This document shows, in pieces, positions 29,306 to 38,266 of a stretch of DNA of 64,000 nt; position 1 is the stretch's first letter, and each line of letters begins with the position of its first letter. This stretch comes from a virus, in the IMG/VR virus record IMGVR_UViG_3300037484_000104, positions 28,399 through 92,398 of that record; one strand, given 5' to 3'. The translations under genes were made by a program, and so were the position numbers. Below the pieces are notes generated by a model. It did no database searches, was not told the origin of the DNA, and saw nothing but the letters and a program-made list of their open reading frames with translations.

Positions 29306-29998
29306 CTAATATGAAATCCCTAATTTCTTATGAAGTTGTTTAACGATCTGGTTACATTGAATGATCCATAAAATAACTGTTTCATATTCGAATGTCATGG
29401 GAGCAATACGAAATTCAATACTATCCATATTATATCTAATATTTATCCAACTACTTTTGTTTTCAAATCTAACTTCTTTGCGATTGTAACAACCTGTATA
29501 TTTACCAAATATATCTTCTAGTGTATCTAATTTAGATGTTAGAAAATCTTCAATTTTTTGTTGATTGTTACCTGATCTTATAAAATTATGATTTGTTATT
29601 TTATGAGCATCAATATGAAGGTGTATTCCAGATCCAGGATTTAATGTACAATATTTCTTCATATCTTGAAGTATTTTGTATAATCCTGCTGCTTGGGAAT
29701 AATTACGAATAGATATACGATGTTCACAGATATCTTTTGATTTTAATCTGAGTCTATCATCACTATATTCTAATATATCGTATTTCTTTGGCATTGTTGT
29801 ATATCTTCTTGGTGTGTTAAGATTTAACACTCTTGTTAGAGAAGTGATACATTCGATTTCAACTGAAGATCTGAATGGTATCATATTGTAGAGAATACCT
29901 TTAGTTATTTTAGGATTAAATGATTTATCCTTTAGTAACTTTGAGATTAACAAGGGGTGTCTTAGTAGACACTCCCTAGTATACTGTGATTTATTCAT
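29306..29998 (-). CDS. putative amidoligase (COOH-NH2 ligase type 2)
   Basis: SVEIEC, GSGIHLHID, WINIR...SIEFRI. Confidence 0.7.
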   Translation of the reverse strand: MNKSQYTRECLLRHPLLISKLLKDKSFNPKITKGILYNMIPFRSSVEIECITSLTRVLNLNTPRRYTTMPKKYDILEYSDDRLRLKSKDICEHRISIRNYSQAAGLYKILQDMKKYCTLNPGSGIHLHIDAHKITNHNFIRSGNNQQKIEDFLTSKLDTLEDIFGKYTGCYNRKEVRFENKSSWINIRYNMDSIEFRIAPMTFEYETVILWIIQCNQIVKQLHKKLGISY

Positions 29999-30009
29999 AA
30001 CAATAAATG

Positions 30010-30168
30010 TTAGTATTCTCCTTTTCGGTTTGTTTTTGCTGTTTTCGGAGGTTTTGTCGTAGTTTCAATTTTTGCGATCATTTGATCTTTTGTCATAGAC
30101 ATTTTAAGATCAAGACGTGGATTGTCAGCAATAAGTTGAAGTTTTGTGAAATTAGCTAGATTTGACAT
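30010..30168 (-). CDS. small Rho-N/HeH-like protein (52 aa)
   Basis: hand-translated MSNLANFTKLQLIADNPRLDLKMSMTKDQMIAKIE plus basic tail. Confidence 0.4.
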   Translation of the reverse strand: MSNLANFTKLQLIADNPRLDLKMSMTKDQMIAKIETTTKPPKTAKTNRKGEY

Positions 30169-30362
30169 GTCATTATATTTTTGATTTGAACGGTATTCTA
30201 GCGGATTTCACGCTCATAGACCTTAGCATCAAAATGATAAGACTAGGAATTATCCCATCATAGTTGTTACCAGTTAGACTGATAGTATGATTGAATAACT
30301 CCTAGAATGTGAGGGTAGCATACCTCACTCCAGACTCACAGTCTGATGATATAAATTTAACG

Positions 30363-30923
30363 TTATTCCGTTTTGTCTTCGATTGGCAAGTCATTTGCGT
30401 TACCTTTTGGTGTTTTAATAAATGCGGCATCAGGTATGCGATTTAATTCACGGTTTATATATACATCTGCATCACCATTTAGTGGTACAAATACGCGGAT
30501 AACTGTACGAACCATAAGTTCACCTTTTCTTTTTCCTTGGGTAATTTTTAATGGTTTATCGTTTTCATCAAAAATATGATGGGCAGGAACTTCACGTTCT
30601 GCAATATTTCCGATTAAACCAAATGCTCCTGGATCAATTTTTAAGCCGGTTTGTAATTTTTCGAACGATCCTTGTTCAATTGCATCAGTTAATGCGTCGA
30701 ACATTATTTTGTCAATAGAACTGTTGATTATTTTTGAGTAAGCTCTATCTTGTAAGATTGTATTAACACGACCAAATACTGTTCCAAGTGCTAACCATTC
30801 TACTACAAAGTAGTTGGCTTTACCGTCTTTTGTTGTATAAGGTTTTGTTAAATCGGGTTCTTTTGTTTCGTCGTTTTTAGATTTTACAATCTTTAAACCA
30901 TATTCTACATCGTTTTTTAACAT
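30363..30923 (-). CDS. hypothetical early protein
   Basis: 186 aa ORF. Confidence 0.65.
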   Translation of the reverse strand: MLKNDVEYGLKIVKSKNDETKEPDLTKPYTTKDGKANYFVVEWLALGTVFGRVNTILQDRAYSKIINSSIDKIMFDALTDAIEQGSFEKLQTGLKIDPGAFGLIGNIAEREVPAHHIFDENDKPLKITQGKRKGELMVRTVIRVFVPLNGDADVYINRELNRIPDAAFIKTPKGNANDLPIEDKTE

Positions 30924-32418
30924 TGTTGTTCAGATTAAGTTAATGTTTATGTTTATTTGTTGGTTCTGCTGTTATTGCAGACCATGTCATCAGTCCGAGC
31001 ATTACAAGCACTACTAGTAGAAGACATAGTATGTGTTTGGATTGAGGATGTTCGCTAGTGATGATATTGTAGAACACCAGACATGAAAATGCTGATATTA
31101 CAACTAGAATGATGTAATTTTGTAGTTTGTGTAATTTCATATATGTAATGTTTTGATTAGTTACTATGAAATAAAAGAGAGCTTAGATGTGCTAAATCGC
31201 CGGTAAGCGTAGCGTATATACACCAATCCTTCTAAGCTGTCTAACCTGTGTTTTAATTAGGTATTGTCACAATGTGTGATTCATACCAAATAAGTTCTTC
31301 ATCTAATGTAATACACCAATCTGATGCACTGCATTTATCTGCTTCAGCAATTGTTGCTTCCAGATAATTAAAGAGTTTGTCAAATAATTCATATCCATAT
31401 AATGTATGGAATGTTAGAACACTTGGTGTTGAGTTTTGACCAAATGCAATACATTGTAAATGAAAAGACTTTAATGGAATGTAATTGAGAATAGTAATTT
31501 GATATTTCATGATTCTTTAGTTATGATTAATAAATCCTCCATTCATTCTAATCCAAAGGAAACGATATTTTATAAGGTCTTTGATAAGGTCTTACATATA
31601 TACCATTTATTACAGTTTGAGGAGCAATAACTACACATGTTATATAATGGTAATCATACATTGTATGTTCACTACTTTTAATTACATGCTCTTCTATTGT
31701 TTTTCTGATGATTCTGAAACCTCGAATGTTTTGATTATCCATTGTTTATATTATTAGGTTAGACTTACCCATCTACAATTTACAGAGGCTTTGGACTCTC
31801 AAGTTATTACACTTCGCTGTATTAGTAATTGGATTTCGGTATTTGAGAATAACCTACTTTCCTAGTTGTGTCCGCACTTCCTCCTATTCGCAACATGCAA
31901 GGACTTATCAGTTTATTGTGTTCTCTTATCACTCAACTGGCAGAAAGACATAAATTGGTTTCATATGATAGTCTTAATTTATTACACACAAATCACTAGT
32001 GTGGACACAAGAACCTTTCTAGTAAAGGAAATTGATGTATCAGCACCAATATTACCAAGGGTTATAACTAGAATGATAGAACACAGAGCTTCCTAATGTG
32101 AGGGAAGCTATATAAGTATGGTAATAATGAGAAAATAGAGGATATTATGACATAGATAATTGACCGACAGTCAGTATCACACAACTACACTCTCATGTAA
32201 TCGCTACACATTCATAATAATCCTCTAAATCATCAATTACTAACCTATTTAACTACAATTCGAGGCAATGTCCCAGGGGGACGGCGCAGTGAGGGGGTTT
32301 ATCAACCCTATTAAATGTTAATACTAATCTCTTAATGAGATTAATGCACAATTGTTCCCTAATCGGTCACAATTCTATGTAGCAATGTCATGAAGACTAA
32401 AACAAAAGGGATGCACTG

Positions 32419-32673
32419 TTATAGTGCAAACCCCAATCTGTAACGTTCGTGACCGTCATGAGTACCTGTATGCTCATAAGTTATCTCTTGCCCCTTCAAT
32501 GACAACATAGTAGCCAATGGCATATCAGCACTAGTGCCAATAATACCAGTAACACCATTAGATAACGATATGATACAGAAACCTTTAACATAACGGAAAC
32601 CATTAATAACAGCTTTGCCTGCGTTAGCAGGAGAATTAGTTTTAGCCATTACGAAATATTTTAGGTTAGACAA
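32419..32673 (-). CDS. hypothetical protein, first leftward gene
   Basis: 84 aa ORF next to the strand switch. Confidence 0.5.
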   Translation of the reverse strand: MSNLKYFVMAKTNSPANAGKAVINGFRYVKGFCIISLSNGVTGIIGTSADMPLATMLSLKGQEITYEHTGTHDGHERYRLGFAL

Positions 32674-32822
32674 TGTGACAGGGGACTTCCCTCTCGCTTG
32701 CGTATGGGGGGTGATCGACTACGGTAAGTTAAACCCTCAAATATACCCAATAATTTGTAAATTTTATAAAAAATTTTATTAGAAAAATTAGTATAATTTT
32801 GTTAAAATTCTTAGTGATTTTT
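32674..32822. other. strand-switch region, possible origin/terminus
   Basis: divergent gene blocks; G-rich motifs (GGGGACTTCCC, TGGGGGGTGATCGAC) followed by an AT-only tract. Confidence 0.5.
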
Positions 32823-32850
32823 GTAACCCTATTAATTACCTTCCGTATAA
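32823..32850 (+). promoter_or_regulatory. putative promoter GTAAC-N16-CGTATAA
   Basis: ECF-sigma-like AAC/CGT geometry; 20 nt before ATG 32871. Confidence 0.55.
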
Positions 32851-32870
32851 CGACTTATAAAACGTATCAT

Positions 32871-33092
32871 ATGGATAGAATTAAGTTTAACAAATTATGT
32901 GATAGAGTTCAAGAATTAAACGATCTTAGAGATAGTGATACAATTAGACCTAATAGTAAGGTTTGTATCTGTATGATTATAGATAGATGTATGTGTGAGA
33001 TTACTGAGGAATTAGTTGCTTCAGGATATACATTAAATAAGAAGAAATTAGACACCCTAGAATTAGGACCATCCGATATCGCATGTCAATGA
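32871..33092 (+). CDS. hypothetical protein (start revised to MDRIKF)
   Basis: ATG at 32871 follows the promoter motif. Confidence 0.5.
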   Translation: MDRIKFNKLCDRVQELNDLRDSDTIRPNSKVCICMIIDRCMCEITEELVASGYTLNKKKLDTLELGPSDIACQ

Positions 33093-33101
33093 TAGAGCGG
33101 A

Positions 33102-33282
33102 TTAGAAGTTGGGTTATAGGAATGATAAAATAGTCATTCTATGTTGTCCCCAATAGTGTCGATAATAAAGTTAGTATAAAGATCTGGCCCTCCACCAGTA
33201 AGGTAAATGTAGCTAAGAGAGGGGTAGGACTAGTCGAAAGATGATTTACGACAGATACGAAATCTAACTTTAAACTTCTAAG
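33102..33282 (+). ncRNA. structured intergenic RNA element
   Basis: nested stems TTAGAAGTT/AACTTCTAA, AAAGTTAG/CTAACTTT, ATCTG/CAGAT, CCCTC/GAGGG. Confidence 0.45.
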
Positions 33283-33378
33283 TGCTTACTGACAGGTAGG
33301 GCATTATAGGGGAAGATTACACAAACTAATTAAATAATTACAAACCTAATTACTGAATAATATTTTGTGACATGAAGT

Positions 33379-33406
33379 GGAACTTATCCGAAGGATAAAC
33401 GTATAA
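33379..33406 (+). promoter_or_regulatory. putative promoter GGAAC-N16-CGTATAA
   Basis: same spacing as 32823; 19 nt before ATG 33426. Confidence 0.55.
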
Positions 33407-33616
33407 GATCTAAACATTAAGATATATGTTAAATAAATTACGATATTGGATTATATCCAAACTACTGACATACGATGAAAGGTATTTATTATACGATGCT
33501 CTAGAAACTAGAATTATATTTTTAGTGTCTGAGAGAGTTAAAAATAAATCATTGGATTATCAAAATACTGGTGACGATATAGGTAGTCTATACAAATTAA
33601 GAAGAAATTTAATGCT

Positions 33617-34174
33617 ATGGGGAAATTAGTTAATATAGAGGGAATAGAGTTAGAACAATGTGTTCTAGATAATGATGAATTAGATGGTCCAATTGTTAGA
33701 GAGGTACTCGGTATGTACGAAGATAATTCAGAGTATATCCTATCAGATCCTTTAGAAGATGATATGGATTATATTACAACTACCCCAGAAGATGTACAGT
33801 TTATCAATGAGTATATAGAATCTGAGTTAGATAAACAACCTGATAATGTAGAGGAAGATATACATATACAGGATTTATTAGAACAAGAATCTGAAGTATT
33901 TCCGAGTTGTGTGGGATTTATACAGTGGGTGCAACACAGTGAATTTGCAGATGCTATTCCTCAATATGAGGATTATGTAAGAGAATATAAGAAAGAACTT
34001 AGAGAATGGTACTTTAATAAACACCCCCAATATGCTAGAAATAGTAATGGTGATGTTGCTTTTTATAATGGTCAACCGGTAACTAACAATGACTTAGAAT
34101 TGGGAGATAAGGTAATGGATATGTATAGTAATTCTATAGACAATGACAAAGATTACGAAAGTGATAATAACTAG
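33617..34174 (+). CDS. acidic hypothetical protein
   Basis: 185 aa, D/E-rich. Confidence 0.6.
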   Translation: MGKLVNIEGIELEQCVLDNDELDGPIVREVLGMYEDNSEYILSDPLEDDMDYITTTPEDVQFINEYIESELDKQPDNVEEDIHIQDLLEQESEVFPSCVGFIQWVQHSEFADAIPQYEDYVREYKKELREWYFNKHPQYARNSNGDVAFYNGQPVTNNDLELGDKVMDMYSNSIDNDKDYESDNN

Positions 34175-34266
34175 AAGTGTTGTTAAAAATCAACAACCTC
34201 AACCAATAGTGTTTACAATTAATAATATAGATCCTTCTATATCAGAAGGTATAATAGTGATAAGAG

Positions 34267-34743
34267 ATGCTAGAAAGTAATTACTATACTCCATTAATCG
34301 AGGAGTTCTACGTTGGATTTGAGCATGAAGAATATGTGTCTCAAGTTATTTCACCACAGGATAGAGTTATAATAAATGGAGAGATTTATATAGGTCCTGA
34401 AAAACTACAATCAAAGTGGGTAAAATCAGTACTTTCAGATTATCATTTTGATATGGAGAATATATTAGATATATACAATTCTAAAAAAGAAAGCGATAAA
34501 TTAAGAGTTAAATATTTAGATAAGTCTGATATAGAAAGTTTAGGGTTTACTCTAATAGAAGGTTCTCAATCTGAGTATATAAATAGTCATGGTGATAAGA
34601 TATGGTTTGGAAAGAAAGATGATTCTGGATTACTATGGATAACAAAGATTATAAATAAAGTAGAAGTGAAAGTTGCTCAATGGCATGTTATAAAGAATAT
34701 CAACGAATTACGTAAACTACTTAAACAATTAGGAATAGAATGA
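34267..34743 (+). CDS. conserved phage hypothetical protein
   Basis: YYTPLIEEFYVGFE...RVKYLDKSDIESLGF...INELRKLLKQLGI. Confidence 0.65.
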   Translation: MLESNYYTPLIEEFYVGFEHEEYVSQVISPQDRVIINGEIYIGPEKLQSKWVKSVLSDYHFDMENILDIYNSKKESDKLRVKYLDKSDIESLGFTLIEGSQSEYINSHGDKIWFGKKDDSGLLWITKIINKVEVKVAQWHVIKNINELRKLLKQLGIE

Positions 34744-35078
34744 TAGATAAGCATAAAATAACAGTAGTGTATCCAGACCTATACTTTGTAGTTATATACA
34801 AGTGGAATTACATGAAAGATTGTGGTGATCTGACTAATGTTGATTTTGAGGTATATGAAATATTAGAGATGACTGAATCTGAAGAAAGTGTAGTTTGTGA
34901 AAAAGAAGCAATGTGTGTGGGATTTATTAAATGGGACGGATGTTGTGATTTTCATATAGAAAGAACTCATTTTTGTGGATACTATAGATTCAATCAATTA
35001 AATAAAGTATTCGCTGAGATATACTATAAAGTTGAAGAGATTTGTAAAGTAGATGATTTAATAACTAAAGGAGCATGA
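34740..35078 (+). CDS. hypothetical protein
   Basis: GFIKWDGC..HFCG motif. Confidence 0.6.
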   Translation: MIDKHKITVVYPDLYFVVIYKWNYMKDCGDLTNVDFEVYEILEMTESEESVVCEKEAMCVGFIKWDGCCDFHIERTHFCGYYRFNQLNKVFAEIYYKVEEICKVDDLITKGA

Positions 35079-35383
35079 GTTTAATAACATTTCCAATTGA
35101 GTCATACCCAGTCTTATACAAGATGTACTGGAGTGATGACTTAGAAGAAGATAAGCGTATAGAGAATAACAAGGATAAGTTGTCAATATATGGACAGATA
35201 TACAATACTTACTATAATCAAACATTCGATGGTAACAGTTTATATACAGTTACGTATACTGGAAGAACTAGTGGTTGGCAGATTATCTTTAAGATATTAT
35301 ACTTGACTAATGATGGTAGTGTAGACTACCTATGGGAGTACTTTGATAACTGGGTTAAGATATTGAATTTAAATAGATATTAA
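35075..35383 (+). CDS. hypothetical protein
   Basis: 102 aa; weak MCP-like YLW..F..W segment. Confidence 0.55.
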   Translation: MSLITFPIESYPVLYKMYWSDDLEEDKRIENNKDKLSIYGQIYNTYYNQTFDGNSLYTVTYTGRTSGWQIIFKILYLTNDGSVDYLWEYFDNWVKILNLNRY

Positions 35384-35384
35384 G

Positions 35385-35780
35385 ATGAGTGATATAAGAA
35401 CATATAAAATGCCCGGTAGTTACAAGGGTATAAGTGATTTAAGTTCCATCTATGCTTTTCATGGTAACTCGCAAGGATATGATTCATGCTCTAATGATGT
35501 AAATGATTTTATTGGATCACAAGGATGGATGTCAGTATCTCATGGATTTAAAGATATTGATTATCTAAATCAAGATGAGGTTAATAAGAGGTCATTAGAG
35601 ATACAAAAAGAGAATGATGAGTATATCAAATCCTTATATAAATCTGGACAGTATGGAGAGTACAATGGAGATATTAATTTATCACTCAAATATATGCCTT
35701 TATATGATGATCCTTCACCAATTCACTCAAAGGGGGTTGAATCATACAGAATGGCATTTATAGATTTTAGTAAGGAATAA
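35385..35780 (+). CDS. small protein carrying an MCP C-terminal fragment
   Basis: NGDINLSLKYMPLYDD...KGVESYRMAFIDF vs MCP NGIELTLKHFPLYDN...KPLESYRMTFIDF. Confidence 0.8.
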   Translation: MSDIRTYKMPGSYKGISDLSSIYAFHGNSQGYDSCSNDVNDFIGSQGWMSVSHGFKDIDYLNQDEVNKRSLEIQKENDEYIKSLYKSGQYGEYNGDINLSLKYMPLYDDPSPIHSKGVESYRMAFIDFSKE

Positions 35781-35782
35781 TT

Positions 35783-36082
35783 ATGACTATACCTAAATCA
35801 TTTCAACTAGGTGGATCTACAATTAATGTAGAGGTTGTTAGTAATCCAATGGAAACAGGTAGTGCCGCTTGGATAGAATTAGCTACAGGAAGAATTAAAG
35901 TATCTAGTAATTATGTTGGATCACCTTGTAGTCAAGATTATATAGAATCTGGATTTTATCATGAATTAGTGCACGGTATATTACAAACTATGGGTAAAAA
36001 GGAGTTAGACAAGGATGAGGAATTTGTAGAAGGATTTGCTAATCTACTTCATCAATTTATTAAATCAGCAAAGTATGAGTAG
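35783..36082 (+). CDS. zincin-like metallopeptidase
   Basis: FYHELVHGIL (HExxH) plus downstream DEEFVE. Confidence 0.75.
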   Translation: MTIPKSFQLGGSTINVEVVSNPMETGSAAWIELATGRIKVSSNYVGSPCSQDYIESGFYHELVHGILQTMGKKELDKDEEFVEGFANLLHQFIKSAKYE

Positions 36083-36272
36083 ACTTGTAAATAAAATATT
36101 AGTGTTTGATGATGGTAGTGTAGAGATTACCAAATATAATAGTCCCACTCCATTATTAGATGAATTATGGAAGAAGGCTAAATATTGTAAATTAAAAGAT
36201 GGTACTCCTTGTACATGTAGAGATATGATGGATGAACTTATGATTGACAATGCTCTTAAAACAATGAAGTAA
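36075..36272 (+). CDS. small protein ending in an MCP N-terminal-like motif
   Basis: start MSRLVNK; C-terminal MMDELMIDNALKT vs MCP LVDENMLSNALVT. Confidence 0.6.
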   Translation: MSRLVNKILVFDDGSVEITKYNSPTPLLDELWKKAKYCKLKDGTPCTCRDMMDELMIDNALKTMK

Positions 36273-36505
36273 TGAATAGACACATTATATCAGATGATAC
36301 TTATAATCACATAGAATCTGAAACCTGTTGGTGTAATCCCCGTATAAGTCAATCAGAAGGAGAAACTTGTTATATTCATAATAGTAATTATTCTACAGAC
36401 ATAGAAACTGAGGATAGAGAAGAAGTAGATTATAGGTCATTTCCAGAAGGTTATTTAAGATGGAAGAATGAGACAAGTATGTTTCCTAGAAACAATTATA
36501 GATAA
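36272..36505 (+). CDS. small His/Cys metal-binding protein
   Basis: HIESETCWCNP...YIHN. Confidence 0.55.
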   Translation: MNRHIISDDTYNHIESETCWCNPRISQSEGETCYIHNSNYSTDIETEDREEVDYRSFPEGYLRWKNETSMFPRNNYR

Positions 36506-36689
36506 GTGATATGAATAGAAATATTAACTTAGACAAGATTAGAGAGAGAGCAATGTTATCTGTTAATGAAGAGGATGTAGTTGAATTCTCAGAGTTCTTT
36601 GCAGATAATTATGAAGATATAATCGAGAATACAGATGATTATATTGCAGAAGGTATAACAAGTATGTTTTATATAGATAAAGAAGCAGA

Positions 36690-36872
36690 ATGACAACTAA
36701 TGATTATGCGACCGGTTACGGGATATATGAAAGTATGAAGACTGCTCCAATAAAAGAGATAGATTTTAATAACCTAAATAGTCTAAACGGAGATTGGATA
36801 ATTTATTGTGGTTCCGATACTGTAGACGAATGGATAAAATTAATTAATAAATATGAAATTAAAAGTAATTAA
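36690..36872 (+). CDS. small protein with MCP-like segments
   Basis: TGYGIYESM and WIIYCGSDTVDEWIKLI resemble MCP RGSGLLQQI and FVALTGEMGMKEFDRIL. Confidence 0.5.
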   Translation: MTTNDYATGYGIYESMKTAPIKEIDFNNLNSLNGDWIIYCGSDTVDEWIKLINKYEIKSN

Positions 36873-37311
36873 AGCAGTTAAAGGATTAGTTCCTGGAGAT
36901 ATATTAGATTATAATGAGAAAGATTCTAATTATGAGATCCTCAAAGTTGAAGAGGATATTACTGAATCTGGAAGTAGTAAGAAGTCATTAAAAGTTACTA
37001 TTCCTGAATACTTAGTAGATGACTTTAAAGAGTTTTTTACATGGGTAGACGATGATGGTAATGATATGAAAGTAGAAGAGTTTAGATATAAAGATAGTCC
37101 TAATTACGAATCTGATGTGGTAAAAGAGGTCGCTAAACCATCTGAACCAACAGATCTAGATTTACTTAGACAGAAAGTAATTGATCTAGAAAAGCAATTA
37201 GATGAGTATAAAAATCCAATAGATGGTTATATACAACATATTAAAAATAGAGTGTACAATATCCCAGTAGTTTATACATATAATCCTTATAGAACAATAT
37301 ATAATTGGTAA
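36853..37311 (+). CDS. conserved crAss-like hypothetical protein
   Basis: MKLKVIK...PGDIL; located upstream of the Zn-finger/terminase block. Confidence 0.6.
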   Translation: MKLKVIKAVKGLVPGDILDYNEKDSNYEILKVEEDITESGSSKKSLKVTIPEYLVDDFKEFFTWVDDDGNDMKVEEFRYKDSPNYESDVVKEVAKPSEPTDLDLLRQKVIDLEKQLDEYKNPIDGYIQHIKNRVYNIPVVYTYNPYRTIYNW

Positions 37312-37433
37312 TATGAGCAGTAGATGCGAGAGTTGTCCATTACAGGACATAGATTGTTATTATCTACTAGATATGATTCGAATAGATAAGGAGATGAAAC
37401 AAAGAAAACATAATAGAAAAAAGGTTATTAAGA

Positions 37434-37754
37434 ATGGAAGAAAATAAAGATACGGCTCCAGTTAAGCCAGAAGTTAAACAATATGAGTTTGCACATTTAG
37501 TAGTACACTGTGGTAAATGTAATAGTAAGTATGTACTAGATAAAGATGTTAAAGGTGGGGTACAGATTAATCTCCCAACTGCTAGTAATGCAGAGTTAGT
37601 ATTAGTATGTAAAGAGTGTAAGAATACAATGGCCTTATACTATGTAGAATCAGATGGATCAACTAGGAAAGAAGAACCTAAAGTTGAGAGTGCAGAAATA
37701 GAAGAAGTTATTCCTGAAGTAGCTTATGAACCTAAAATGGAGGTTGTAGAATAA
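37434..37754 (+). CDS. Zn-ribbon protein
   Basis: CGKC...CKEC. Confidence 0.65.
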   Translation: MEENKDTAPVKPEVKQYEFAHLVVHCGKCNSKYVLDKDVKGGVQINLPTASNAELVLVCKECKNTMALYYVESDGSTRKEEPKVESAEIEEVIPEVAYEPKMEVVE

Positions 37755-37951
37755 TGGAATTAGTTTGTTGGAAAACAGATATTAAAGGTACTAGTAAGTC
37801 AATCTTTAATGTAAAGGTTTGGGAGAAGTACCGTACAACTAGGGGTAAGAATGCAGGGAGTATCATTGAGATATCATCTACCTCTAAGTTTATACAAGCA
37901 TTAAAATTAGCTTGGTTTATTATAAAGAATTACAAATGGTTATAGTAATAT

Positions 37952-38266
37952 ATGATTAAATATATATTAGAATATAAAGATAAGACTTTCTACCACAATA
38001 GAAGATTAGATATTGAAACATATAGGAAAACTTACAGTACTGGATATTTATATTATGATAATAAAATTCTAGTTGAAATATCTGATTTTACTTGTAAAAA
38101 TGGAGCAATAGATAAAGACTGGAATCCTGTATATGTAGTGAATGAAATATTAACTCAACGAAATTATTTAGAGTTATTATTACATAATTCTAATCCTAAA
38201 TATAAATTATATACGGAAGAAGAGTTTAACGATATATTTAATGTAATTAAAGAAATAAATATATGA
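37952..38266 (+). CDS. hypothetical protein
   Basis: 104 aa ORF. Confidence 0.5.
   Translation: MIKYILEYKDKTFYHNRRLDIETYRKTYSTGYLYYDNKILVEISDFTCKNGAIDKDWNPVYVVNEILTQRNYLELLLHNSNPKYKLYTEEEFNDIFNVIKEINI

Noticed and set aside
31860-31890. RNase P RNA (minus-strand GAGGAAGTGCGG resembles GAGGAAAGUCC)
   Set aside because: No matching 3' P4 strand (AGAAnnCGGCUUA-like) found.
33185-33260. Permuted tmRNA (CTCCACCA followed by GGGG...GAC)
   Set aside because: No T-arm before CCACCA and no tag reading frame found.
36853-36950. PGDILDYNEKDSNYEI resembling MCP PGAILEFDDKEYQV
   Set aside because: Short generic beta-hairpin pattern in what looks like a separate conserved family; not counted as a solid MCP fragment.
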